A stretch of DNA of 64,000 bases from an uncultured Nitrososphaerota archaeon. GTDB lineage: Archaea; Thermoproteota; Nitrososphaeria; Nitrososphaerales; Gagatemarchaeaceae. Positions 9,489-19,320 of the stretch are shown in pieces; the stretch's first letter is position 1; every line of letters starts with the position of its first letter. The translations under genes and the position numbers were made by a program. The notes under the pieces are model-generated. The model saw only the letters and a list, made by a program, of their open reading frames with translations. It made no database searches and was not told where the DNA came from. Location: NCBI GenBank assembly GCA_963838925.1, contig CAWISW010000002.1, forward strand, positions 192,001-256,000, in the 5' to 3' direction.

Positions 9489-11241
9489 CAGGACCAAGTC
9501 GAAGCCACCAGAAGCGCGCAAAGGGGGAGAAGACGGGCCCTCGCTGAAGAAGAGGAGGGTGCTCGTGTGCTGCGCGCTCCCGTACACCAACGCAGTACCT
9601 CACGTGGGAAACATCGTGGGGTCCCACCTGCCCGCCGACATCTTCGCGCGGTACTGCAGGCTGAAGGGGTACGAGACGCTCCTCGTCGGGGGGGCCGACG
9701 AGAACGGGACCCCGACCGAGGTGGCCGCCATCGAGCTGAAGGTGACCCCGAAGCGGCTGACCGACGTGTTCTACAAGGTACACAAGTCGATCTACGACTG
9801 GTTCGAGATCTCCTACGACAACTTCTCGAGGACTTCGCTCCCGGTCCACCACAAGACCACCCAGGACCTCTTCCTGAAGATCTACGAGAAGGGCTACGTC
9901 ACCAAGGGGGTCATGCGGCTCCCCTACTGCGAGACGGACAAGCTCTTCCTGGCCGACAGGTACGTCGTCGGCAAGTGCCCGGTCTGCGGTTACGAGTTCG
10001 CCAGGGGAGACCAGTGCGAGAACTGCGCGACCCTCCTGGAGCCCGAGCAGCTGATCGACCCGAGGTGCAAGATAGACGGGAGCGTCCCGGTCTTCAAGGA
10101 CAGCGACAACCTATTCCTCGAGCTGGAGAAGCTCCAGCCCGACCTCGAGGCCTGGATAACCAGCCAGACGCACTGGAGGAAGCAGGTCTCGTCCCTCGCC
10201 CTGGCGTGGATCAAGGAGGGCCTGAGGAGGCGCAGCATCACGCGCGACCTCAAGTGGGGCGTCCCGGTCCCGCTCAAGGGCTTCGAGGACAAGATCTTCT
10301 ACGTCTGGTTCGACGCCCCCATAGGCTACATCTCCTCGACGAAGGAGTGGGCGGAGAGGTCGGGCGACCCGAGGAGGTGGGAGGACTACTGGCTCGACCC
10401 AGAGACGAGGATCTACAACTTCCTGGGCAAGGACAACATCCCGTTTCACACGATATTCTGGCCAGGCATGCTCATGGCGAACGGGGGCCTCAACCTGCCT
10501 TACGACGTGGTCGGCCTCCAGTACTGCAACTACGAGGGGGACAAGATATCAAAGTCGAGGAACTGGGGGATCTTCTGCGAGAAGGTCGTCCAGAGCGGCC
10601 TCGACCCCGACATCTGGCGTTACTACCTGTCCTACCTCATCCCGGAGACAAAGGACACCGAGTTCAAGTGGGACGACTTCCAGACGAGGGTGAACAACGA
10701 GCTGGTCGCCGCGATAGGGAACTTCGTCCATCGGACCCTGACCTTCGCCTCGAACTTCCTCGGCGGGGTCGTCGAGAAGAAGGAGCTCGGCAACGACGAG
10801 AGGCAGGTGGAGGCGAGGGTGGCGGAGCAGGTCAAGGAGGCGGACCTCGCACTTCAGGACGTAAGGCTCAAGGACGCGCTCAGGAGCGTCCTCCAGATAG
10901 CGATAATCGGGAACGAGTACTTCCAGAAGAACGAGCCCTGGGCGCTCGTCAAGAGCGACCCGGAGGCCTGCAAGCGAGTGATCTACTGCTGCGCGAACAT
11001 CTGCAGGGTGCTCGCCGTTACGATGGCGCCCTTCCTTCCGGGGTCCTCCAAGAGGATCGCCGCCCTCCTCGACATCGAGGGTGCCCTCTCGTGGGAGGGG
11101 GAGCTGGGCTTCTCCCTCGGGACCGTCAAGATGCTCGCGAAACCGGAGATACTCTTCAAGAAGATAGACGACAAGGAGGTCGCGCGCCTAAAGTCCACAG
11201 TGACGAAGAGCTCCGACGCCGCGGAGTTCTTCAAGGCCTGA
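9481..11241 (+). CDS. metG: Methionine--tRNA ligase
   Basis: ALPY.N..PHVGN (HIGH), Zn knuckle with GDQCE.C, YVWFDAPIGY, KISKS (KMSKS). Confidence 0.97.
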   Translation: MSSRTKSKPPEARKGGEDGPSLKKRRVLVCCALPYTNAVPHVGNIVGSHLPADIFARYCRLKGYETLLVGGADENGTPTEVAAIELKVTPKRLTDVFYKVHKSIYDWFEISYDNFSRTSLPVHHKTTQDLFLKIYEKGYVTKGVMRLPYCETDKLFLADRYVVGKCPVCGYEFARGDQCENCATLLEPEQLIDPRCKIDGSVPVFKDSDNLFLELEKLQPDLEAWITSQTHWRKQVSSLALAWIKEGLRRRSITRDLKWGVPVPLKGFEDKIFYVWFDAPIGYISSTKEWAERSGDPRRWEDYWLDPETRIYNFLGKDNIPFHTIFWPGMLMANGGLNLPYDVVGLQYCNYEGDKISKSRNWGIFCEKVVQSGLDPDIWRYYLSYLIPETKDTEFKWDDFQTRVNNELVAAIGNFVHRTLTFASNFLGGVVEKKELGNDERQVEARVAEQVKEADLALQDVRLKDALRSVLQIAIIGNEYFQKNEPWALVKSDPEACKRVIYCCANICRVLAVTMAPFLPGSSKRIAALLDIEGALSWEGELGFSLGTVKMLAKPEILFKKIDDKEVARLKSTVTKSSDAAEFFKA

Positions 11242-11250
11242 CCCGGCAGC

Positions 11251-12291
11251 TCACTGGTCGCACGAGTCTATCTTTTCGAGGCCGCCGGCCAGCGCGCACT
11301 CTAGCGAGTCGTCGATGTTGTTCTTGGGGCCGAGTATCGCGTCTATGGGATCGTAGGTGTCGTACTTTGTCTGGATGAACCCTGACGCGAGGACGCTCAC
11401 CTGGAGCTGCGAGCCCGCGCCGCTGCGATAGCTCACCGCGTACTCCACGTCGAGAGACGGGTTCCCGAACATCGAGCCCAGCCTCCTGACCGCGGTGGCG
11501 GTGTCGCCCGCCGACAGGCTAGCGTCTCCCGTCAAGACGACCACCGCGTGGCTGGCGTCCTTCATCTGGGCCTTCTTCCCGATGCCTATGATGGCGCGAG
11601 AGAGCGCCTCCTCCGCCTTGTCCACCGAGCCGGACGAGGCGCTGGTGAGGAACGAGTAGCCGCTCTGCGCGACCGTCCCCAGGACCTTGTTCAGGCCGAC
11701 CGGGATGGAATCTTGGGACTGCTTCGCCAGCAGCGATCCGAGGGCCTTCACGGCCTCCTTGTTCGCCACCTCGTGGAGCTCCTTGAGGGTCGCCTCGCTC
11801 CCGACGTTGAAGAGCGCCCCGTTGTCGACCACCACTACGCCGTTGGAGACCGTCCTGAGCTTCTTGAGGGCCAGCCCCGCGTAGAACCTCAGCCTCTCCT
11901 CGAAGTCGAAGGGCATGACCGCTATCGTGACCGCGTCTGCGCCAGCGTCTCTCGCGAGCTTCGCCATTATCGGCGCCAGCCCCGAGCCCGTCGCGCGGCC
12001 CAGGCCTGCTACCACGAAGACGACCTTCGCGTCCTGCACGAGCCTCTTCATCTCGTCGTAGTGAGGCATTGCGAAGCCCCGCACCATGGAGGGGCTCGGC
12101 TTTTGGACCATAGGGGACTCGATTATCATCTTCTCGCCGTCGCCTGCAGCTTCAAGGTCTGCCGGGTCGCACGTGAGATACGCGAACCGGTTCACGAGCG
12201 TTGTCTCCCTGCTAAGGGCGGACACGATCCTGATTCCTGCGCTTCCTATTCCTAGAGCGACGACTTCAGACGAGGAGATGGGGCCTGACAT
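11251..12291 (-). CDS. Divergent FtsZ/tubulin-superfamily protein
   Basis: GIGSAG.RI, VFVVAGLGRATGSG (variant of GGGTG(S/T)G), MPF.FE, VVVDN. Confidence 0.8.
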   Translation of the reverse strand: MSGPISSSEVVALGIGSAGIRIVSALSRETTLVNRFAYLTCDPADLEAAGDGEKMIIESPMVQKPSPSMVRGFAMPHYDEMKRLVQDAKVVFVVAGLGRATGSGLAPIMAKLARDAGADAVTIAVMPFDFEERLRFYAGLALKKLRTVSNGVVVVDNGALFNVGSEATLKELHEVANKEAVKALGSLLAKQSQDSIPVGLNKVLGTVAQSGYSFLTSASSGSVDKAEEALSRAIIGIGKKAQMKDASHAVVVLTGDASLSAGDTATAVRRLGSMFGNPSLDVEYAVSYRSGAGSQLQVSVLASGFIQTKYDTYDPIDAILGPKNNIDDSLECALAGGLEKIDSCDQ

Positions 12292-12402
12292 GGACTTTTG
12301 ACAAGGTCCATTGGCGGATTAGATTAATGAACCCACGAATCAAAAAAGTGGACCATTGGTTCATGAAAGTTCACCAGCGCCATTTCGGCGCGGGATCGAC
12401 GG

Positions 12403-13893
12403 TCACCACTTCACTTTGAGTGTGAGCGGGTGCAAGGCCTTCACCTCGTCGATCCTCCCGACGCTCGTGTTCTTGGGCTCGTCGTCCAGCTCCCCCGCCT
12501 TCAGCCTCACGAACAGGGAGTTCAGCGTCTCGGCGTAGTCGTCGAGGGACTCGATGGTCTCCGTCTCCGTGGGCTCGATCATCAGCGCCTCCTCCACTGT
12601 CAGCGGGAAGTAGACCGTGGGGGAGTGGACCCCGTAGTCTAGGAGCGCCTTCGCGATCTTTCCCGCGCCTCCGTGCCCGCCCTTCACGCTCACTACGGCC
12701 TCGTGCTTCCTCCTTATCCCCCCTCCGACCGGGATGGAGTAGCCCTGCGTGTCCAGCTTCGAGAGGATGTAGTTGGCACCGAGGACCGCGAGGCTCGAGA
12801 CGTTGTCGAGCCCGTCCGCCCCCAGGAGCCTGATGTAGCAGTACGCCCTGAGGAGTATCGCCGAGTTCGCGTAGAAGCCCTTGAGCCTGCCGATGGTCTT
12901 CGGGCGCTCGTAGTCGAGCCTGTACTCCTCTCCCGACTTCTCGACGAGAGGGACAGGCAAGTAGTCCTGGAGCTCCCCCGAGGCGCCGACCGGCCCCGCG
13001 CCCGGACCGCCGCCTCCGTGGGGCGTCGCGAACGTCTTGTGGAGGTTGAGGTGGACCACGTCGAAGCCCATGTCCCCGGGCCTGGCCTTCCCCAGGAGCG
13101 CGTTCATGTTGGCGCCGTCGTAATACATCAGCCCTCCAGCATCGTGGACCGCCTTTGAAATCTCGCTCACGTCGGGCTCGAAGAGCCCGAGCGTGTTGGG
13201 GACGGTCAGCATCATCCCGGCCGTCCGCGAGGTTAGCTTCGCCTTCACGGACTCGATTGTGACCTGTCCGCTCTCGTTGGAGGGGACCTTGACCACCTCG
13301 AATCCCGCCATCGCGGCGCTCGCCGGGTTGGTGCCGTGCGCGGAGTCGGGGACGAGGATTTCTGTCCTGTCGCCCCTCCCCTTGTCCTTCAGGTACTTCC
13401 TGATCATGAGGACGCCGGCGAACTCGCCCTGGGCGCCCGCCGCAGTGCTGAGAGCGAACCTCTTCATGCCGGAGATCTCGCAGAGCATGTCCGAGAGCTC
13501 GTAGAAGACCTGCAGGAGGCCTTGCACCGTCGAGTCGTGCTGAAGGGGGTGCGCTTCCCTCATCTTCGGGGAGGACGCTATCGCCTCAGAGACTTTCGGG
13601 TTGTACTTCATCGTGCAGCTCCCGAGGGGGTACATCCCCGTCTCTACGGAGAAGTTCATCTGCGAGAGCCGGTTGAAGTGCCTGAGCACCTGGAGCTCCG
13701 AGAGCTCGGGGAGCGCGGTGTCGCCCCTCCTGAGCGCTGCGGGGACGAGAGGCTTCCCCTTCGCCCAGTCCATTATCTCGGGGTCCTCGGGGACGATGAA
13801 CCCGAGCCTCCCCTTCCTCCCGATCTCCGAGAGCAGCGGCTCGTCCCAGAAGGCCTGGCGGTACCTCCGCTTCGGCTTCGTCGCGTCTTCCAT
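12403..13893 (-). CDS. gcvPB: Glycine dehydrogenase (decarboxylating) subunit 2
   Basis: MYPLGSCTMKYNP, SAHGTNPASA, HLNLHKTF.TPHGGGGPG, IEPTETE. Confidence 0.96.
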   Translation of the reverse strand: MEDATKPKRRYRQAFWDEPLLSEIGRKGRLGFIVPEDPEIMDWAKGKPLVPAALRRGDTALPELSELQVLRHFNRLSQMNFSVETGMYPLGSCTMKYNPKVSEAIASSPKMREAHPLQHDSTVQGLLQVFYELSDMLCEISGMKRFALSTAAGAQGEFAGVLMIRKYLKDKGRGDRTEILVPDSAHGTNPASAAMAGFEVVKVPSNESGQVTIESVKAKLTSRTAGMMLTVPNTLGLFEPDVSEISKAVHDAGGLMYYDGANMNALLGKARPGDMGFDVVHLNLHKTFATPHGGGGPGAGPVGASGELQDYLPVPLVEKSGEEYRLDYERPKTIGRLKGFYANSAILLRAYCYIRLLGADGLDNVSSLAVLGANYILSKLDTQGYSIPVGGGIRRKHEAVVSVKGGHGGAGKIAKALLDYGVHSPTVYFPLTVEEALMIEPTETETIESLDDYAETLNSLFVRLKAGELDDEPKNTSVGRIDEVKALHPLTLKVKW

Positions 13894-13896
13894 CTT

Positions 13897-15303
13897 CTAG
13901 ATCATCCCCGCAAGGGCGTCCACAAGGCGCCCGATGTCCTCGTTAGAGTGTACCTCCGTCACGCAGAAGGAGCCGGCCTCTCGTATCTGGGAGTAGTGCT
14001 GGGTGAGAGGGTAGCCGCCCATCACGCCCTTCTTTGCCAGCTCTGAAAAGACCCAGGGAGCCTTGCGCCTCTCGTAGCCCACGGTGAACTCGTTGAAGAA
14101 CGGCCCGCTGAAGAGCGGCGCCTTGACTCCGTGGAGCTTGCCTATCCTCTCCGCAGCGTAGTGCGAGTTGGCAAGGTTGACCTCCCCCAACTTCCTGAAG
14201 CCGTTCTTCCCGAGGAGGGACATGTATGCCGCGCCCGCGAGCGCGAGGAGCGCCTGGTTGGTGCAGATGTTCGAGGTCGCACCCTCCCTTCTGATATGCT
14301 GCTCCCGCGTCTGGAGCACCATGCAGAATGCCTTCTGGCTCCCGTCCTTGGTCGTTGTCATGCCGATGAGCCTCCCGGGCATGCTCCTTGCGAGGCCGAT
14401 GTCCTTGACCGCGAAAATCCCCATGTGAGGTCCACCGAAGTTCATAGGGACGCCGAGAGGCTGCCCCTCGCCCACGACTACGTCCGCGCCATAGCTTCCC
14501 GGGTCGTGGAGCACCGAGAGGGAGATGGGGTTCAACCCGATGACGGCCAGACCCCCCGCTGCGTGCACCGTCTCGATTGCGCCCTGCGCGCCCTCTTCAA
14601 TGACGCCGAAGACGTTGGGGTTCTCCATGTAGAGGGCGGCGACGTCGCCTCCCGCCTGAGAGATGTTTGACTTGAGCGACTCCACATCCAACCCTCCCGT
14701 CTCGGAGTCGAATTCCACCGTCCGGAGTTTGACGCCCATCGGCTCGGCGTACGTCTTGATGACCTCGAGCCTCCCTTCTCCGATGCTCTTCGCGACCAAG
14801 ACCGTCCTCCTCTGCTTCACGCGGGCGGCCATCCTCACGGCCTCGCCGGCGGCAGAGGCCCAGTCGTACATCGAGCTGTTGCAGACCTGCATCCCTAGCA
14901 GGTCGCACATCATGCTCTGGTACTCGAAGAGCGCCTGGAGCATTCCCTGGCTGATCTCTGGCTGGTATGGCGTGTAAGCGGTGTAGAACTCCTGCCTCGA
15001 GAGTATCGAGTCCACGGCCGCGGGAATGTAGTGGGGATAGACGCCCCCACCCAGGAAGCACAGCTGGTCCGGCGGGGTCTTGTTCTTCGATAGCCTCCCG
15101 TGGAGCTCTCTCCTGACCATGGCCTCTCCCTGACCGTCGGGGATCGCGAGCCTCCTCTTGAGGCGCAACCCTTCGGGTATGTCTGAGAACAGGTCCGCGA
15201 TGGAGCCCACCTTAACTTGCTTGAGCATCCTCTCGATAGTCTCATCTTCGAGGTTAGGCAGGAACGGATGCGCTTCTACCATTTCTTGGAGCGACGCATC
15301 CAC
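13897..15303 (-). CDS. gcvPA: Glycine dehydrogenase (decarboxylating) subunit 1
   Basis: YTPYQPEISQG.LQ..FEYQ, LQTREQHIRRE.ATSNICTNQ. Confidence 0.96.
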   Translation of the reverse strand: MDASLQEMVEAHPFLPNLEDETIERMLKQVKVGSIADLFSDIPEGLRLKRRLAIPDGQGEAMVRRELHGRLSKNKTPPDQLCFLGGGVYPHYIPAAVDSILSRQEFYTAYTPYQPEISQGMLQALFEYQSMMCDLLGMQVCNSSMYDWASAAGEAVRMAARVKQRRTVLVAKSIGEGRLEVIKTYAEPMGVKLRTVEFDSETGGLDVESLKSNISQAGGDVAALYMENPNVFGVIEEGAQGAIETVHAAGGLAVIGLNPISLSVLHDPGSYGADVVVGEGQPLGVPMNFGGPHMGIFAVKDIGLARSMPGRLIGMTTTKDGSQKAFCMVLQTREQHIRREGATSNICTNQALLALAGAAYMSLLGKNGFRKLGEVNLANSHYAAERIGKLHGVKAPLFSGPFFNEFTVGYERRKAPWVFSELAKKGVMGGYPLTQHYSQIREAGSFCVTEVHSNEDIGRLVDALAGMI

Positions 15304-15349
15304 CCCCGCGAACGGTTAAAATACGTATCAGCGATGGCTATGCAATCCT

Positions 15350-17038
15350 TTGAACTGGAGAGGTTTGGTGGCCGTAGCACTGGCGGTGGCCCTCGCGCTC
15401 GGATTCCTGCCCATTCACGCGCAGTCTTCGGGCAGCTCCACCTCCGGCGTCGCCACCGTGTCGGTCAACCACTTTTACATCATAACTTCGTACGGATACG
15501 GAGTCCTAAACGACAGCATCACGTTCCACAACAACGGGACTTCGTCTGTGCAGATACCGACGGTGCAGGTCGGGATCCCAAGCAACGTCGCCTCTAGGAC
15601 CGTCGGCGTCGTCGTGAGCCCGAGCGACCAGTTCTCGGTCGCCGTCTCCAAAGGGACCACCAACACGACTCTGACGATCACTCCGACCCAGCCCACCCTT
15701 GGAGCGGGCTCTAACTCCACGGTCGCCCTGAAGGCGGTCCTGAACAACATCATGAACTACACGAACGGCGCCTACACGAACGCCGCCAAGATGCTCGTGC
15801 TCGTCAGCCCGTCTTTGAACGTCAACGTAACCACGATGAAGTCGACGCTCATCCTGCCCACGGGAGGCGCCTTCCAGCAGGCTCCTTCCGGGTTCGCGTC
15901 TCCAGCGGCGAACTCGACGGCGCCAGCCTACACATTGACGCAGAGCGCCCTTCAACCACAGGCGTCGGCGAGATACCTCAACTTCACCGACAACAACCAG
16001 TCGGCGTTTACCCCGCTCATCGTCAACAGCCTCGTCAGGACGATCGTGCCGTCGGCGAACGGCGCTCCGATGGTCGAGGACTACCTTTCGATATACAACG
16101 TCGCGTCCTACAACATAGCGCAGGTGCACCTCTACCTGCTCTACCCTGGCCTGAACGTGGTGACGCTGCTTCCCAACACGGTTCCCCCTCTAGTGAACCC
16201 GCAGCTCATCCAGCTCGGTTCAGGGGAGATCGCCTTCGCGAGCACAAGCATAGCGAGCCCCCTGCTCCCCAACAGCAACATCTCGCTGACGGTCTCCTAT
16301 CCGCTCCCCTCGACCTTGATGAAGCTGACAGGGAACAGCGTGCAGATCACCGTCCCGTACTCGCCCCTCATCGCGGCCCCGGTGACCAACGACAGCATAG
16401 TCCTCGCCCCTGCCAAGGGAACGACCGCGAGCGGGACGACATCCGTGCTTGACAAGACGGTCACCCCCTTCACGCCGGGAAGCATAGTGTTCACCTACTC
16501 CATCAGCGTCGGCTGGGCTGCGGACCAGGCCATCCCGGCCGGGGCATTGATCTTCGCAGTGGCCTTCGCGATGTTCGCGATCCAAAGGCCGTCGGTCAAG
16601 GAGAAGAGGAAGGAGGAGGAGGAAGAGACCCTCGAGACGGGCGACGTCCTGAAGGCCTTCGAAGACAAGACCGGCCTCGAGACCCAGTACATGGAGGAGC
16701 TCTCGTCCGCGACCAAGGGCTCGATCGGGAAGGCGGACTTCGACCGCATGAGGAACGAGGTGACCGACCTGAGGGCGAGGGCCATCCAGAGGCTCACAGA
16801 GCTCAAGGCGGTCCTCGGCTCGGGCAAGCAGTTCGACCTCCTAACGAGGGTCGGCGATGCCGAGAAGGAGGAGGACAGGGCGTTCAGGGACTTGCTCAAC
16901 CTGCACCTGCAGTACCAAGGGAGCAGGATGAACGAGGAGACCTTCAAGAGGCTCCAGCCCACGTACAGGAAGAGGGTGGAGTCAGCGGTCAACCGCCTGT
17001 CTGACCTTCTCCACGAAGTCCAGACCGAAGAGAAGTAG
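15350..17038 (+). CDS. Single-pass membrane glycoprotein, ribophorin-I-like architecture
   Basis: Signal peptide, beta-rich ectodomain with many N-x-S/T sequons, one TM (IPAGALIFAVAFAMFAI) and a charged helical cytoplasmic tail. Confidence 0.6.
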   Translation: MNWRGLVAVALAVALALGFLPIHAQSSGSSTSGVATVSVNHFYIITSYGYGVLNDSITFHNNGTSSVQIPTVQVGIPSNVASRTVGVVVSPSDQFSVAVSKGTTNTTLTITPTQPTLGAGSNSTVALKAVLNNIMNYTNGAYTNAAKMLVLVSPSLNVNVTTMKSTLILPTGGAFQQAPSGFASPAANSTAPAYTLTQSALQPQASARYLNFTDNNQSAFTPLIVNSLVRTIVPSANGAPMVEDYLSIYNVASYNIAQVHLYLLYPGLNVVTLLPNTVPPLVNPQLIQLGSGEIAFASTSIASPLLPNSNISLTVSYPLPSTLMKLTGNSVQITVPYSPLIAAPVTNDSIVLAPAKGTTASGTTSVLDKTVTPFTPGSIVFTYSISVGWAADQAIPAGALIFAVAFAMFAIQRPSVKEKRKEEEEETLETGDVLKAFEDKTGLETQYMEELSSATKGSIGKADFDRMRNEVTDLRARAIQRLTELKAVLGSGKQFDLLTRVGDAEKEEDRAFRDLLNLHLQYQGSRMNEETFKRLQPTYRKRVESAVNRLSDLLHEVQTEEK

Positions 17039-17060
17039 CGCCAGAGGCGTCTCTCGGCTT

Positions 17061-18002
17061 CTAGCCGCTCGAGCTCACGAATATCGGGCTGCTCGTCTTG
17101 CTGGAGGCGAGCACGGCCTCGGCTATCCTCGTTACCATGAGGCCGTCCTTCCCGGTCACGAGGGGCTGCCTCTTCTCCGAGATGGCGGCCGCGAACTCCT
17201 TGAGCTCTAGCATGAGTGGCTCTTGGAAGGTGTGCTTCGGGACCTTCGTCCCCGACTCCTCGTGAACCTGTATCTCCTGGGAGATGAAGTCGAGGGTCAC
17301 CACGGCCTTCTCGAACACCGCGCTGAGCTGCCTCACCCTGCTCGGGGTCACCCAGTTCGTGGTGATGAAGGCCGTCCTCTCGTCGCCGAACCCCAGCAGG
17401 ATCGTCGCGAAGTCCTCGTTCTTGCCCATAACGCTGCCTACCCGCGCGTAGACGGTCTTGGGCTCCTCCCCGAAGAGCCACCTCGCCGTGTCGATGTCGT
17501 GGACCGAGGCGTCCTTCACAACTCCAACGTCAACTATGTTCTCGCCCCTCCGGTTCTCGCGGTGATACTCGAAGAGTATCGGCCTTCCCAGGGTGCCGTT
17601 GGTTATCATCTTCTTCAGCTCAGTGATCGCGGGGTTGAACCTCTCGATGAACCCCACCGTGAGGATCTTGCGCGCCTTCTCAGCCTCCTTGATCAGGTCC
17701 TGGGCCTCCTTCACCGTGCTGGTCATGGGCTTCTCGACGAACGTGTTGACGCCCGCCCTGAGGGTCTTGGATGCGATCGCGAAGTGGGTGGAAGCGGGCG
17801 TGCAGATCGTGACGCCCTCAGGCCTCTCCTTGCCCAGCATCTCGTCGACGTCCGAGTATGCCTTCACGCGGTACTTCTCGGCGTACAACGCCGCCCTCGA
17901 CGCATCAAGGTCGCAGACCGCGACCAGGTGCCCGAGCTCGCTGAGCACCCGCACGTGGTTCTTCCCCCAGCCGCCGGTGCCAATCACTGCGATCCTAGCC
18001 AT
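17061..18002 (-). CDS. Gfo/Idh/MocA oxidoreductase (WbpB/WlbA-like UDP-sugar 3-dehydrogenase)
   Basis: VIG.G.WG.NH.R, VEKP, VGFIERFNP, D...HDID. Confidence 0.9.
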   Translation of the reverse strand: MARIAVIGTGGWGKNHVRVLSELGHLVAVCDLDASRAALYAEKYRVKAYSDVDEMLGKERPEGVTICTPASTHFAIASKTLRAGVNTFVEKPMTSTVKEAQDLIKEAEKARKILTVGFIERFNPAITELKKMITNGTLGRPILFEYHRENRRGENIVDVGVVKDASVHDIDTARWLFGEEPKTVYARVGSVMGKNEDFATILLGFGDERTAFITTNWVTPSRVRQLSAVFEKAVVTLDFISQEIQVHEESGTKVPKHTFQEPLMLELKEFAAAISEKRQPLVTGKDGLMVTRIAEAVLASSKTSSPIFVSSSG

Positions 18003-18054
18003 GGGAATACGTTCGAAGTCGTCTTCCGGGCGGTTTTAACGGTTTATGGCGCCG

Positions 18055-19212
18055 TCACGCCCTGCTCATCCCGGTCGTGGCCTTGAGTATGGTGATCTCG
18101 GAGCTCCTGAAGCTCTTCTTCAGGCCTTTGAACCACTCAAAGTCGGCGGGGGTGCAGACTATCGCGACGCTGTGCTTGTAGCTGTCTATGAGGTCGTCCG
18201 GCCTGGCCCTGGAGTCGACCTGCCTCACGTCGGAGACGTAGTCCCTCAGCTTCTGGGTCAGCGACTGCGCCGTCGAAAGCCTGTCCGCGCGCATCTCGTA
18301 CCTGTCCGCTGACCACGCGACGAGCACCCTGGTCCTGCTCGCCTTGAGCTGCAGCTCCCTCAGGAGGTCTCTGGTCTCCTCGACCACGTATCTCTCGTAG
18401 TTCTCAAGGCTCTTCACTGCCGCACCCGCGAGGTAGGTTATCGGTTCCCCGACGTCCTCGCTCGACTGGATCGCCGTCAAGTCGAAGACCAGGGAGGCAA
18501 GCTGATCGATGTATCTCTCGTTCTCAGGCCCCCGTGGCACCTTCAGCTCGCGGGCCTTCCTCATCAGCTCGACGTCCGCCGCCATGGACGTGCAAGTCGC
18601 GAGAACCTTGGAGATGTACTCTAGCTCGAGGCTCGCGACCCCCTCGTAGACGGTCTTGAAGCCTAGGTCCTCCAGCGAAGCGAAGTCCTTCGAGGCTGAC
18701 TTCTCGCCCAGGACAGCCACGGGGTTCGCGGCGGCGGCGGCCTCCCCTCCCGCGCTCGGCTGGGGGGCTGCGGGGCAGTAGGCGTAGTTGATCCTCTCGC
18801 CGACCTTCATGCCAGTGTGCTTCTCGAGGAGCGCGACGTTGTCCGCGTTCCCTCCCACGCCCGTCGGGAGGAGGTTGATGACGGTCGAGCCGCTCGAGGC
18901 GTACTTCGCGACGTCCCTCAGCTTCCCGCTCGCCTCTATTACAGACTCGTCCCCCACCTTCTTCAGCTTAGGAGCGAAGACGACGACCTCGGCCTCCGAG
19001 AGCACCTGCGAGACGGGCTTGAGCCCCATCAGCATCTCGTCCCCGACGAGGTCTTGCACCGTCTTGTGCGACTTCACCATACCTGGCTCTAGGTCCATTG
19101 CCATCTGGAGAGTCTCGTCGACCAGGGTGACCACCGCCTTCTCGATGAGACGGACTGCCACGGAGTAACCTTCGCTTGTAAGACCGTATACCGCGACCTT
19201 CGGCTTTGGCAA
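18055..19212 (-). CDS. Degenerate nucleotide-sugar dehydrogenase-like protein
   Basis: Overall layout resembles UDP-ManNAc/GlcNAc 6-dehydrogenase (N-terminal Rossmann VAVYGL, AYCP, C-terminal domain) but the catalytic motifs are eroded. Confidence 0.55.
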   Translation of the reverse strand: MPKPKVAVYGLTSEGYSVAVRLIEKAVVTLVDETLQMAMDLEPGMVKSHKTVQDLVGDEMLMGLKPVSQVLSEAEVVVFAPKLKKVGDESVIEASGKLRDVAKYASSGSTVINLLPTGVGGNADNVALLEKHTGMKVGERINYAYCPAAPQPSAGGEAAAAANPVAVLGEKSASKDFASLEDLGFKTVYEGVASLELEYISKVLATCTSMAADVELMRKARELKVPRGPENERYIDQLASLVFDLTAIQSSEDVGEPITYLAGAAVKSLENYERYVVEETRDLLRELQLKASRTRVLVAWSADRYEMRADRLSTAQSLTQKLRDYVSDVRQVDSRARPDDLIDSYKHSVAIVCTPADFEWFKGLKKSFRSSEITILKATTGMSRA

Positions 19213-19320
19213 AATTGTGAGAGCTCTGCGCCCGCATCTTCCATCCTAGAGATTATAGACTTTCGATTGCCGCCATCACGGTTGTCTTTTTATGACGTGA
19301 GTCGCGAGCAGCCATTGGCC

